NCBI GenBank assembly: GCA_030770535.1
Contig: JASVEC010000148.1
Span: 1-40,960, forward strand
DNA from: Batkoa obscura
Lineage: Eukaryota
Reading direction: 5' to 3'
Length of the DNA: 40,960 nucleotides
The notes beneath the pieces are model-generated. The model was not told the origin of the DNA. It ran no database searches and saw only the letters and a list, made by a program, of their open reading frames with translations. Positions 1-11,403 of the stretch are shown here, piece after piece. Numbering within the stretch: the first letter of the stretch is position 1; each line of letters opens with the position of its first letter. The position numbers and the translations under genes are program-made.

Positions 1-1672
1 TAAAATAACTCTCAAACTTTAAGGAATTTTATCATTGACTTAAAGGGCTATATTAAAATGATATTGTTTAGATTTTTATATAATTTCAAAGCAAAATTTA
101 ACTTAAAATTTAACTTAGGATGAAGGATATAAATCAAGTTGGTATTTCTTTATTTTTAAATATGTAAAAAATAGTATTATTTTCAATTTTGCTATTTAAT
201 TTTAACTAAATCAGTCAAAAAAATTTCATCACAATTTTGTTTTTTTATATTATTTTAAGTTGTATAATCTCTAAGCTCCAACTTTAGTTGTTTTTACGTA
301 TCTCAGTCGATTTAAATAATAAACTAATTTGATTGATTGTATTTTTATAGTTTGAGCTCAACCAGATTTATTTTGAGCTTTTATGGGGTTTGTTTTGAAG
401 CTAGTTAAACTAAAATTAGAAATTATTTTATTTTATCTGGTACTTTATTACTAAATTATAGTTTTAATATAATATATTTCTAGTATTATGATATTATATA
501 GACTATTTTTACTAAGTATAAAAGTATTATAGTTGCATTTAGAGCTCTTTATACTCTTTTATAATTTATTTTGAATATTTTAAAATAAGGAATTTAATAC
601 AGATTTAGTATACATAATAAAATGTTGCATTAATATTAAATTTACAGCTTTATTTTATAGTTTATTTTATTCTAATTTTTTTGTCCAAACCATTAATTAT
701 ATCAATGTTTTTTATGCTACTTGTTTTGGAGATCATAAATACTTTTGTTATCTTCTATAGTAGTGATCTTTGTGTTAGTATAATAAAATTAATAAAGCAC
801 ATTTATTTAGTTTCAAGGCATCAAATATTTTTTTCTGAAATGTACTTTTTTGATTTCTAAAATAGTACTAAAAAGTTATTAATAGCAGCAAGATGCATTA
901 AAGGCACTTTTCTACGGTAGAATATTATCTTTAAATTAATATACTGCCCTTTATATTTAAATATCACTTTAGACTTTAAAACAGTATAAATTCCGGGATG
1001 AATTAGCTTAATTTATTTAATCAAACACCTTAGTTATCTAATTGAATTATAAAACTATACTATAAACAAAATAAATACACTTATCAAATTTAGTATAGTA
1101 GGAGTAATATAGTAGTATTATTAAATGTTTAAATGGCCAAAGTAAAATTGACTATAAATTAATAATTCAAACAAATGATTTATTACAATAGATTCATAAG
1201 TTATAATAGTATAAGTACTAATTTCATAAGGTACTGTAAGAAATTTAATCTATCTAAATTTAGATAAAGTTTTCTTCCTATATGTTGACATTTTAAATTT
1301 CTAAACCTTTAGGGGGTAAGTATCAAGTTGATAACTTTATAATGAGTTTAAAAGTTTTGAAGTATACGAACTAAATCCTATTATCAAAAACGGTAGAGAT
1401 GCCACAAAAAATACTAGAAAAATAGGGGTTATTGTTGTTATATTAAATATGATAGAGATCAGATTAAACAACTTGTGATAATAGTATAAAAGGTCAGTTT
1501 TATATTTAAATAAGTAAAAATATAAAATTTTTATTAGCATACATTCAACTTGGCTTAAAAGAAACTAAAATAGATTGTCAATTCATGATGTTAATAAAAG
1601 TTTAAGAGAAATACATAGAGTGATAAAGTCCTTTTATTAAAATTGAGTGTAAAAAGCTCTTGTTTTTAAATA

Positions 1673-2252
1673 TTAGACCTGTTTCTCTAGTTCATGGGCT
1701 TTCATACATTTCTTTGTTGCTAAATGACGATCAAAAAATATCTTTCCTATAAAATCCTATATTGCAAGGTTTACAGTGGTATTTCTGTTTATTAGTATGT
1801 GATCCACGGTGACGCTTTAGTACATATTTTCGATCAAATATTTTCCCACAAATATCACATTGATAGGACATAGATCGATTTCCTTTATATGATTTTATAC
1901 TCCACTCTCTATCTCTATTATGACATATTATATCATTTATTTTCATAGTTGATAGTAAATATGCAAATGGATCAGGGTTATAATATCCGTGGTAAAAGAA
2001 CTTATAACGTAGGTTTGTTGGAGTAAAATTACTTTTTAATTCCACCATTTCGGATTCATTGAAGCATGTGTTTGAAGGAACTGATAAAGGGGATAAAGTA
2101 TAATTGTCAAATACAGGTTCTACAAGGGTGAATGTAGAATAAGCCTCATTTACATAAGATGTATAATAGGGGTATAAGCTCAGATCAGGAATAAACTCAG
2201 GTGAAGTAAGTTGGCTACTTGTATCATCTGTACTATATAAGATGTTGTACAT
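1673..2252 (-). CDS. Zinc-finger transcription factor, paralog 1, with a +1 frameshift in a T6 run near the 3' end (pseudogene or sequence error)
   Basis: YQCDICGKIFDRKYVLKRHRGSH (C2H2), then YHCKPCNIGFYRKDIF*. Removing one base from the run at 1733-1738 restores DRHLATKKCMKAHELEKQV* (stop 1673-1675, 192 aa), matching the intact paralog at 20642. Confidence 0.85.
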
Positions 2253-2601
2253 TATAAAAGTTTTTTATAACAATTTAATTAACTCATATTTTAATACTAA
2301 ACGACATATTTTATAGTATTTGTAATGTTTCAAAAGAATGTACGCATTATGGTGAGTATACTTTCAATTAAAAAAACTTATTAAAATGCAAATCAAAATA
2401 CTCTATCCACTTTTAAAATAGTGATATTTATTTTTATTAATATAAAATGGCAATTATGCCACCTTTGACCCTATAATTATAGTTATATTGTATACTTCAT
2501 TAGCATAAACAAAGTTTATACTATGTTCAGTGGTACAACTATGCTTATATTATAGTTAGTTAATATCCATTTAACATCTAAAATGGTAATTTTTAACAAA
2601 T

Positions 2602-2699
2602 GGGGATGTTTTTTTTGATTTCATTATTTTTCCATTTTCTAAGCACTATTTGAGTGGAAAGATTGTTAATAGAATTCTTAAACACAAAAAAACATCCCC
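2602..2699 (-). mobile_element. MITE family 1 copy (strand is relative to the family consensus)
   Basis: GGGGATGTTTTTTTT...AAAAAAACATCCCC terminal inverted repeats; flanked by AAAT/AAAT; conserved core CTATTTGAGTGGAAA. Confidence 0.9.
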
Positions 2700-3136
2700 A
2701 AATACTCCCTTAAAAGTTAATATCCAACCACTGAACTCAAATTATTGTTTCATAAATATGAATATTAATAAGAAGTTTAATAGAATTTACAGAAATATTA
2801 CAATTATAAATTAGTGCGTTTTAATGCAAGAATGCGATAATAGTAATATTACTTTTAAACGTATCATCATTTTAATAAGTTAATTATTAAACTTTAATTA
2901 GTATTATACAAATGAGTATTTATCAAAAAATAATACATTTTACTTTAAATTAGGTAATTTATCTTCAGAAAGTTAACTTTAGTTATATTTTTGCCACAAC
3001 GGATAGTATATGATTATCTCAGCATTAATTATTTTCATAAAGCACATAAGGTCAAAGAATAAAATGAAAAATTAAACAAAGTAGCCAATTCTTACAAATC
3101 TCGTAAAGTAAGTGGAATGATATTATATACTAACAT

Positions 3137-3236
3137 GGGGTGGGCGTATTTTTTGTCCAAGAATTTTACTAACAATCTTTCTGCTCAAATAGTGCTTAAA
3201 AAAGAGCAAAAGTGATGAAATCGAAAAAACATCCCC
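3137..3236 (+). mobile_element. MITE family 1 copy
   Basis: Core GAATTTTACTAACAATCTTTCTGCTCAAATAGTGCTTAAA; ends in AAAAAACATCCCC; flanks ACAT/ATAT. Confidence 0.85.
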
Positions 3237-4492
3237 ATATAGTATTTTAAGCGAGATTCAGATATATCAAATTATGTAAAAATATAGAAAATTATAAATT
3301 AAGTTATGTTAAATTCGTATTAATCTTGAAAAGACCTTCTATCTATTAATGTATTTTATATGTTCTACATTTATAGTTCTAGAATAATATCAATAATGGA
3401 ATATGATAGTACTATTTTACTATTCGCCGTGTAAATAAATTTTTAGTAGCTTTTTAACTAGTATCATTTTGATAAAATGCTAACTTGGTGTTTATTCTGA
3501 CATTTTACTATAAATGAGCTTCATTTATTTAAATATATTTGGAATTACTGGTTAAAATTTATTGGAAAAGAATCTATTTCCTTTACAAATTCAAACTATT
3601 AACGCTTTTTAAAACACTGCTTTAAAATGTCAGTTCTTTATTTTAAACCTAAAAGATTAGTATGAGATAATTTTAATATATTTGAGTTTATATAAATGGA
3701 ATTTCTAATATATTTGAAGTGTAGTTTAAATAAGTTAATATTGAAAATCAAAGAAGTTTCAAATCATTAAATCCATATCAGTAACTTTTAGATAAAGTTT
3801 GTATTGTGCCTTGTAATATTTAGTACTGTTTGTATATTTCACTTTTTTACTAACATTATATATGTGCTAAAGACAATGGTTGTTAAATCAACAAAAGGAT
3901 TAAAGCCGTTAGTAGTTGAAATAATCCAAGTCATTGATCAAATTTTAATGAGATTTTTATTTTATATAATATAAATACCTTTTATGACTATATTCGTTCA
4001 ATTAGTTTTTTCTAAACATTAAATGTACTAACTTAAATTTTAAGTTACCATAAATATATCATCTCAAACATAAATCATTCTTATAAAGGGTAATACTAAA
4101 AAGCAATTCAAACCTCCAAGTTCCAGATTGAAGTATATTCTAAAATGTTTCTTACATGTGTTATATCGATTTAAAAACATTAATATTAAGCTAAAGCTAA
4201 AATAGTATATTTTAGCCTTAAAAAAAACTATTAATGGTTTAATTTTAAATTTATCTAAGATAAACTAAATGTTACCTTTTAGTTGGATATCAAGCTAATG
4301 TACAAATTAAAGTACAGTCATAAGAAGTAACTTTAAGATTTGATAAATGTAGAAAGTAAACGAGTTACCTGAATTCAGATTGTATCATACTCAGCTATCA
4401 CTTTTTTCATACACTTGTAGTCAGAGTAAAGATTGGAGTGTTAGAACAAAGAATTAGTTAATATCGATATAACCAAAAATAAATTTTAACAG

Positions 4493-4565
4493 GCCTGATT
4501 AGCTCAGTCGGTAGAGCATGAGACTTTTAATCTCAGGGTCATGGGTTCGAGCCCCATATTAGGCT
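4493..4565 (+). tRNA. tRNA-Lys (anticodon UUU), intronless
   Basis: Cloverleaf: acceptor GCCTGAT/ATTAGGC, D arm GCTC/GAGC, anticodon arm TGAGA-CTTTTAA-TCTCA, T arm ATGGG-TTCGAGC-CCCAT; followed by a T-run (Pol III terminator). Confidence 0.97.
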
Positions 4566-4652
4566 TTTTTGTATTAAAGCTGTCAAAATAAAAAGGAGAA
4601 CATTAAAATTTAAAGTAAACATAAATATTTATTGTTAAATATCAGTGATGAA

Positions 4653-4949
4653 TTAAGAATTCATTTTCTTTTGAGCATCTCCTTTCAATTTATCAGCTTT
4701 ACCTTCAGCTTGCATTTGTTCATTACCAGTCATGGAGCCGAAAGTATCTTTCATACTTCCTTTCATTGAGTCTTTTGATCCTTCAGCATAACCTTGAGCT
4801 TGAGCAGCTTTATGTTCAGCATCACCTTTGGCTTGCTGAGCTTTACCTTCGGCTTGCATTTGCTCATTACCTAAGGCCCAACCGACATTTTCCTTGATGG
4901 AGCCAACGGTACTTTCTTTGGTGGCGTTAATTTTAGATGGTTCTGGCAT
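4653..4949 (-). CDS. CsbD-like small stress protein (98 aa, two CsbD-like repeats)
   Basis: Repeated G.KE.VG..LGNEQMQAEGKA...KG motif; TATATAAA about 55 nt upstream. Confidence 0.85.
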   Translation of the reverse strand: MPEPSKINATKESTVGSIKENVGWALGNEQMQAEGKAQQAKGDAEHKAAQAQGYAEGSKDSMKGSMKDTFGSMTGNEQMQAEGKADKLKGDAQKKMNS

Positions 4950-5063
4950 TTTGATTTAGTTTAATTGATAGTTTTATAATATTTAGGAAAGAATTTGAGT
5001 AGTTTATATACTTTTTATTTTCAACTTACTTTAATTTTCAATTTATCTATCGTATAGTAATCA

Positions 5064-5069
5064 TGACGT
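5064..5069 (-). promoter_or_regulatory. CRE/ATF-like motif ACGTCA upstream of CsbD-like gene 1
   Basis: Same motif, same orientation relative to the gene, upstream of the TATA box in all three CsbD-like genes. Confidence 0.45.
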
Positions 5070-5233
5070 TGAGAAACTAAACTGGCTCAAATGTGTCATT
5101 CCAAACTATGGTTTGAGGGTTTATGCCCCAACTTATTTTAATCAAAATATCAAGTTATTTAATTAGTAGTGTGACTTCAAACGAAAAGAAAGGATTTATG
5201 TCAATAATATATTTGAACCATAAGAATTCATTA

Positions 5234-5378
5234 CACTAGGAGAGATCTCAGGTTAGTACTTCCAAAATTTGATTTATTTAGTAAAATACGAAGGTTTCTT
5301 TATTTTATTTAAAATTTTTTATCATATTTTATTAAATAAATCAAGTCCTCAGAGTAGTAACCTGAAGCCTCTTTAGTG
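5234..5378. mobile_element. 145-bp MITE with CACTA...TAGTG termini and TTA target duplication
   Basis: Imperfect inverted arms of about 55 bp (CACTAGGAGAGATCTCAGGTTAGTACT...TTGATTTATTTA vs TAAATAAATCAA...AGTAGTAACCTGAAGCCTCTTTAGTG); TTA at 5231-5233 and 5379-5381. Confidence 0.7.
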
Positions 5379-5495
5379 TTAACCTGTATTCCTCTTATGG
5401 TTAGTTTATTATTATTCAAGTTAGTTTTAAAGTCATTCTGATTTACACTAATGATATAGGCCAAATCTATCATAAAATAAACTAGTTTGGAACCT

Positions 5496-5501
5496 ACGTC
5501 A
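5496..5501 (+). promoter_or_regulatory. CRE/ATF-like motif ACGTCA upstream of CsbD-like gene 2
   Basis: TACGTCAG about 115 nt upstream of ATG 5611; TATATAAA at about 5560. Confidence 0.45.
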
Positions 5502-5610
5502 GGATGAGAGTAAGGAGATCAAAATGTGAGAATGATGAATTAATGACGAAATCTATAAATATATAAAAAAATTGATTGAAATTTTTAGAAAAATAATTGA
5601 AGAATAGAAA

Positions 5611-5871
5611 ATGAACAATCCACCAAGTAAATTAAATGCAAATGCTAATAAAGCTATGGGGATTGTTAAAGAATCAGTTGGGTGGGCTTTAAGCGACCAT
5701 GAGTTAAAAAATGAAGGAGGAGAATTAAGAACGTTAGCTGACAAAGAGTATAAGCAGGCTCAGCTTCATGCCTTAAATAATGAAAATAACCGTCAAACAA
5801 ACTATAATAGTGTTGAAGATAACGAGGAAGTTCAGTATGAAAGTAAAAAACAAGAAATGAGCAATAAATAG
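5611..5871 (+). CDS. Diverged CsbD-like protein (86 aa, one repeat plus an acidic/Asn-rich tail)
   Basis: PSKLNANANKAMGIVKESVGWALSDHELKNEG aligns with PSKINATKESTVGSIKENVGWALGNEQMQAEG of its neighbours. Confidence 0.75.
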   Translation: MNNPPSKLNANANKAMGIVKESVGWALSDHELKNEGGELRTLADKEYKQAQLHALNNENNRQTNYNSVEDNEEVQYESKKQEMSNK

Positions 5872-6170
5872 TACTTCCTCTTTTTAATCATATTATTTAT
5901 TATTATTAAAGACCAGCTGCAATATAGCCTTTTATTTGAATTACTTGACATTAATTTTTTTTGGGATTTTGAAATATTAATAAATGGGCATAAATTATTA
6001 TAGGGTTTTACATAAAAGGTAACCAAGTATTTATTTATAGAACTTTTGATTTTAAGCAGATAATGTTTGAATTATCCATAACGAGAGATCAACAACATCA
6101 CGCAGAAAAATGAGGAAATAAATGTTAAACAAAGAATGGGAACAATAGAGAAACAAAATACGTAAAAAAT

Positions 6171-6176
6171 ACGTCA
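6171..6176 (+). promoter_or_regulatory. CRE/ATF-like motif ACGTCA upstream of CsbD-like gene 3
   Basis: TACGTCAT about 80 nt upstream of ATG 6250; TATATAAA at 6203-6210. Confidence 0.45.
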
Positions 6177-6249
6177 TAAAAGAAAATTGAAGGAGATAAA
6201 AGTATATAAACGATCAATTATATAATAAATAAATAAAAATCAATTGAAA

Positions 6250-6546
6250 ATGCCAGAACCATCTAAAATTAACGCTACTAAAGATACTACCATTGGTACC
6301 ATCAAGGAAAATGTCGGTTGGGCCTTAGGTAATGAGCAAATGCAAGCCGAAGGTAAAGCTCAACACGCTAAAGGTGATGCTGAATATAAAGCTGCTCAAG
6401 CTCAAGGTTATGCTGAAGGATCAAAAGACTCAATGAAAGGAAGTGTCAAAGACACCGTTGGTTCCGCCATTGGTAACGAACAAATGCAAGCTGAAGGTAA
6501 AGCTGATAAATTGAAAGGTGATGCTCAAAAGAAAGTGAACTCTTAA
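6250..6546 (+). CDS. CsbD-like small stress protein (98 aa), inverted paralog of 4653-4949
   Basis: ATG at 6250 (MPEPSKINATK); near-identical to the minus-strand copy. Confidence 0.85.
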   Translation: MPEPSKINATKDTTIGTIKENVGWALGNEQMQAEGKAQHAKGDAEYKAAQAQGYAEGSKDSMKGSVKDTVGSAIGNEQMQAEGKADKLKGDAQKKVNS

Positions 6547-6705
6547 ATATTTATAATAAAAACACTAGTTATATAACTTTTTATTTACTATTATTAGAAC
6601 TGTGGTTTTAATTTGATGTCAGTTTTATGATTGACATAAATGATGAGGTCATCAAATATAATAATATATAAACAAAAGAAACAAGCAAGTCTTTTATTTT
6701 TAAAA

Positions 6706-8158
6706 ATGAGTCATTTATTAAAGTTGGGAAAAGAAAGATTAATAAAAGGTGTTGGTAGAATGAGTGAACTAGTTATTGATAAGGGAAAAGGATGCTATGT
6801 TCATGATATGATAAGTGGTAAAAACTACTTAGATTTTACTTCAGGTATTGCAGTCACTAGTACAGGCCATTGTCATCCTAAAGTAGTTGCAGCTATTCAA
6901 GAGCAAGCTAGTAATTTGATTCACTCACAAGCTAATATCCATTTACACCCAAAGATTGTTGAGCTCAGTGACAAACTGACTACGGTTATGCCTAATAATG
7001 AGCTGAATAGTTTTTTTATAACCAATTCTGGAGCTGAAGCAGTAGAAAACTCAATTAAACTAGCACGTAATATAACCAAGAAGAAGAATGTGATTGTTTT
7101 TCAAGGATCTTATCATGGCCGTACATTTGGTACTATGGGGTTAACAACTTCTAAAACTATTTATTCGAAATCTTTTGCACCTTTTATGCCGGGTATTTAT
7201 ACTTGTCCTTATCCTTATTCAAGACAAATAGGCATAGATATGGATGAAGACCAATTAAATGAGTATTGTATTAATCAATTGAAATTGCTATTGAAGCAAC
7301 AAAGCGCACCGGAAGATACAGCAGCGATATTAATTGAACCTATATTAGGCGAGGGAGGATATGTACCAGCTAACAAGAGATTTTTACTTGAATTAAAAAA
7401 TATTTGTAAGCAAAATGATATAATGTTTATTGCAGATGAGGTACAATCTGGTTTCGCTAGATCTGGGCATTGGTTTGCTTCAGAGTGGGCTGATCCTCAA
7501 TTACCGGATATTTTAGTTATGGCTAAAGGTATTGCTTCCGGGTTCCCTATCTCTGCAGTAGCTACTAAAAAACATTGGTCAGATCTTCAAGTACCAGGAT
7601 CTATGGTAATATTATAATGGTTTTTTAACAATAGCCTTTGATTATTATTTATTAGGGAGGTACATACGCAGGTAATCCAATCGGGTGCGCTGCAGCTATA
7701 GCTACTATTGATGTATTGAAAGAAGAAAATATATTAAATAACGTTAATCAGAAGTAATTGTCTAGTATTTATATGTGCATCATATTTTATTTAGCTTGAT
7801 AGATCGGAATATATCTTTAATAGATTAAATAAAGAGCTACTTGAAATAGTAAATAAGTTTGGATATTGCATTGATGTTCGTGGTAAAGGCTTGATGATTG
7901 GGATTGAGTTTGTTCATAAAGGTATTTTATAAAAGCGTCTCTATTTTACTGTTTAACATCAATACGTTAGATAAAAAAGAAACCAAATTAGCCTCAGAGA
8001 TATCTCAATATTGTTTAAATCATCTAGATATGTTGTTGATGACTACTTCAGTCTATGATACTTTGAGATTAATGCCAGCACTTATTATTTCTGATAGAGA
8101 AGTAGAAATCGCTGTTGATAACATTTTGATTGCAGCTGAGAAGTGTTTAAATAAATAA
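6706..8158 (+). CDS. Class-III PLP-dependent aminotransferase (4-aminobutyrate/acetylornithine aminotransferase-like), 434 aa, 4 exons
   Basis: Exons 6706-7605, 7656-7753, 7803-7921, 7971-8158 splice in frame at GT-AG. Motifs [42 protein letters not shown] (PLP lysine), [21 protein letters not shown]. Confidence 0.92.
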
Positions 8159-8888
8159 ATGAATGAATCTATCTTTAGTAAACATGTTATATCTGTTAGT
8201 AAATCCGTCATAGATTTAAAATTACACCCTGACGTAAGTTAGAACTAACATGAAATTAATTTAGTCACTTTAGAGAATAGAATATTCTATGAAGTACCCA
8301 GCTGAAATATTTGCATTTAATCAACCACTTTTTCTACTTTTCTTACTTACATAAAATACTTATGCTAAACAAAGACATCTTACAAACACTTAGCCTATAT
8401 TTTATATATAACTTTTCAATAGCTATTTTTATAGGTACACATATTACATGTTTAAATAAACGATCGTTGTATTATCTTTTTAAGTTGATTATAAGAATAG
8501 GATTTTTTTACCAAAATACTATTCACTATTTCAAAATAATTACAATTGGTGCACCCATTATCTAAAAATACAAAAAATTGACAAGTAAAAAATTAATACA
8601 GTCTGCTGCAATTTTCTGACCTAATTAGTTACTCATTTGAGAAAAAAATTCATGTTAAAATCTACCTAACTTAGGGATTAGACTAAAAAAAATTGGTATT
8701 TAAATAATCTAATTATAAAAATTACCACTAAAAAGTCCAAGAGTCCCAGCAGCCATAGTGCAAATATCGCTTGTATAACTCATCGAACAGAAAAGAATAG
8801 CACCCAAATACAGCGATTAAATGACCAAAAAAAGATATATAAATAGTAAAGAGCACTCAACTTTGACTTTACTTTTAAAACTTTTAAA

Positions 8889-10345
8889 ATGTTAAATAAT
8901 GCTATAATAACTGGAGCCAGCGGCCTTTTAGGTCGCAAAGTTTACTCTATTTTTAAGGAGAGTGGATTGTTTGAGCAAGGTAATTCAACTTGGTTTTAAT
9001 TAGAAACAAATTACTATTACCCACAGCTATTAATTGTTTACTATAGTTATTGGACTGGCATTCAGTAGAGCAAAAAATGGATTAATCAAAGTACGTTTTT
9101 TTTGAAATTTTAAACAGGATTATATTGATAGCAATAGGTTGATTTAACTAGTAAAGATGAATTAGTTGACTTGTTTGAAAAATATCAGCCAAAAAGTGAG
9201 TATAATAACTATATACTCTATCATATAATAAACTCTTATCTATATAGTTGTTATTCATTGTGCTGCCGAAAGATTCCCAGATAGAGCTGAAGAAAACGTA
9301 GATGCTACTATTAAAGTAAAGAGCTAATTATATAACCTAATAGTAATACTAACATTGTTAGTTGAATATCAAAGCTAGTGAATATTTGGCTGAATTAAGT
9401 AAACAACATGGTACACGTTTGATTTATATTTCTACCAACTATGTGTTTGACGGTAAAAACCCACCCTATTTACCAAGCGCTCAACCAAACCCTTTGAATT
9501 TTTATGGTAATCATGAACTCTATTTTCATATCAACTATATTAATATTAAACTAGGCAAAAGCAAGTATGAAGGAGAAAAGGCAGTTGTCAAAATAAATCC
9601 TCAGTCTATTGTAGTAAGAGTACCTATCTTGTAAATTTTTATTTAAATTAAAAGATATCCATATTAAACATGTTTAAAATAGATATGGAGAAACTGAGTT
9701 CCCGGGCGAATCAATGGTTATGCTTTTATCCGAATATGTAAAAGTAAGCTATTAATTCTCGTAAGCCATTTAGGCTTTGCTTATCATTTCGTAGAACTCA
9801 GATGAAAAACAAGCTATTAACGCCTATGCTCCTAGGTTCCCTACTTATGGTATATTTTACTGATTTGTTAAAACTATTTTAATTGTTTATTTTTTATAGT
9901 TGGGGATATAGCCAAATTCTGTTTAGGATTAAGTGGTAAAATAGATAAACATTTAAAAATTTTTAAAGCTAACAAGCCAACAAGATTTTGATAAATATCC
10001 AAAAGTAGCTAATATTCTTCACTTTTCTAATCAACGCACTTTGACCGAGTTTGAAATGTGTGGTAAGCGCTAATTATTAATAGTAAGGTTGTTCAAAAAT
10101 TCATCTTATTTAGAAATCTTTTCAAAAATATTAAACAAGCCTATTGACCATTTGGATCCTGATAATGAGATTCCACCAGCAGAAAATGGTAAACTTGAAC
10201 TCTTAACTAGACTAAAAACTAATCGTTTTTACTAGCTAAATACCCAATAAATGTGAAATTAGATATTCAACACTTATATCAGGATAAATTGCTTGATTTT
10301 GAATTTACCAAGTTTGAGGATTTTTTTAATTCTTATTTTAAATAA
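8889..10345 (+). CDS. RmlD/MAT2B-like extended SDR (dTDP-4-dehydrorhamnose reductase family), 298 aa, 12 exons
   Basis: Exons 8889-8979, 9047-9090, 9138-9195, 9248-9315, 9362-9506, 9555-9630, 9683-9743, 9795-9849, 9900-9935, 9985-10062, 10114-10188, 10236-10345 total 897 nt in frame. Motifs ITGASGLLG, IHCAAE, YISTNYVFDG, YGKSK, RVPILYG, RFPTYVGD. Confidence 0.9.
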
Positions 10346-11403
10346 ACGATAGGAAGATAGTTCGCTAATCCTAAATATTGCTAACGTTGATATATTGCTT
10401 ATCAAAATGTGTTATACTTTTTATATTAAGGAAATATCTATTTATTACAAGTTAAAATACTTGTAAAATAAACACTTTAACAAGATATAGACTAAGGTAT
10501 ATGATATCTGGAGTAAATAGAAGTATCTACTTAGTCAAATCAACTGATTTACTTCAGTGTCAATTCAAGATTTTGAAACTATTATTTGTGTATTTTTTTG
10601 TTATAGTAAAATGCTAGATTAATTGTTTTTTTCAAATATTATTGTTAAACATTAAAATAAATACTTGTGATAATTTTGTATATTTAAATGGAAAGTTTAA
10701 ATTACATTTTTGGTTTTGGTTTTTTATCACAGATATTCATACTTAAGATATAGTTTAACTTCTTATAGTCTAACTATATTATAAAAACGATGTAACTGTC
10801 TTAAAGACCATCCAGCATTATCCTTAAATTAACACAAATATATTTTACAATACTTGAAACTTAGGCTAATAGAAGCTGTTTGTTAATAAAATGTACAACC
10901 CTTAAAATAATTTATATTAATAGTTGAAATAAATAATAGTGCAGTATGAAATAACTAAAATTGCAATTTAATAATTTATATTAAAAATATTTTACAATTT
11001 AATAACCAAAATTAATTAATGTTAATATAGAAATAATGGTAGTAAAAAAATATGCATACTAAATTTACTCTAGTTTATTGGCTATAGTAAATTGCTTAGA
11101 CAACTGATGATTAAGCGGTTTGGTTAACAGCGTATTAGAGCCAAAGATAACACTTTTAATTGGAAGGAAGCCAACGAATCAAAAGAAGAGATTAAGAAAG
11201 CATTAAACAGAGAATGGAGTAAATAGTCAAATCAAAAAGTTCAAGTTAAAAAGGAGGTTTGTCTTTTCTTTTATAAACCAAAGTACAAATAAGAAATCGA
11301 AAAGAATTATTATTATTCTATTATCTAAATAATTAAATAAAAATCGAACTCAATCAATCACTCAATTAACCATTAGAACTCTATTTTTTATCTTTTTTTA
11401 AAA

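Noticed and set aside
1337..8565. Short ORFs 1337-1540, 5553-5744, 5832-6026 and 8311-8565
   Set aside because: I/L/F/K/N-rich chance ORFs of AT-rich DNA, or antisense to real genes.
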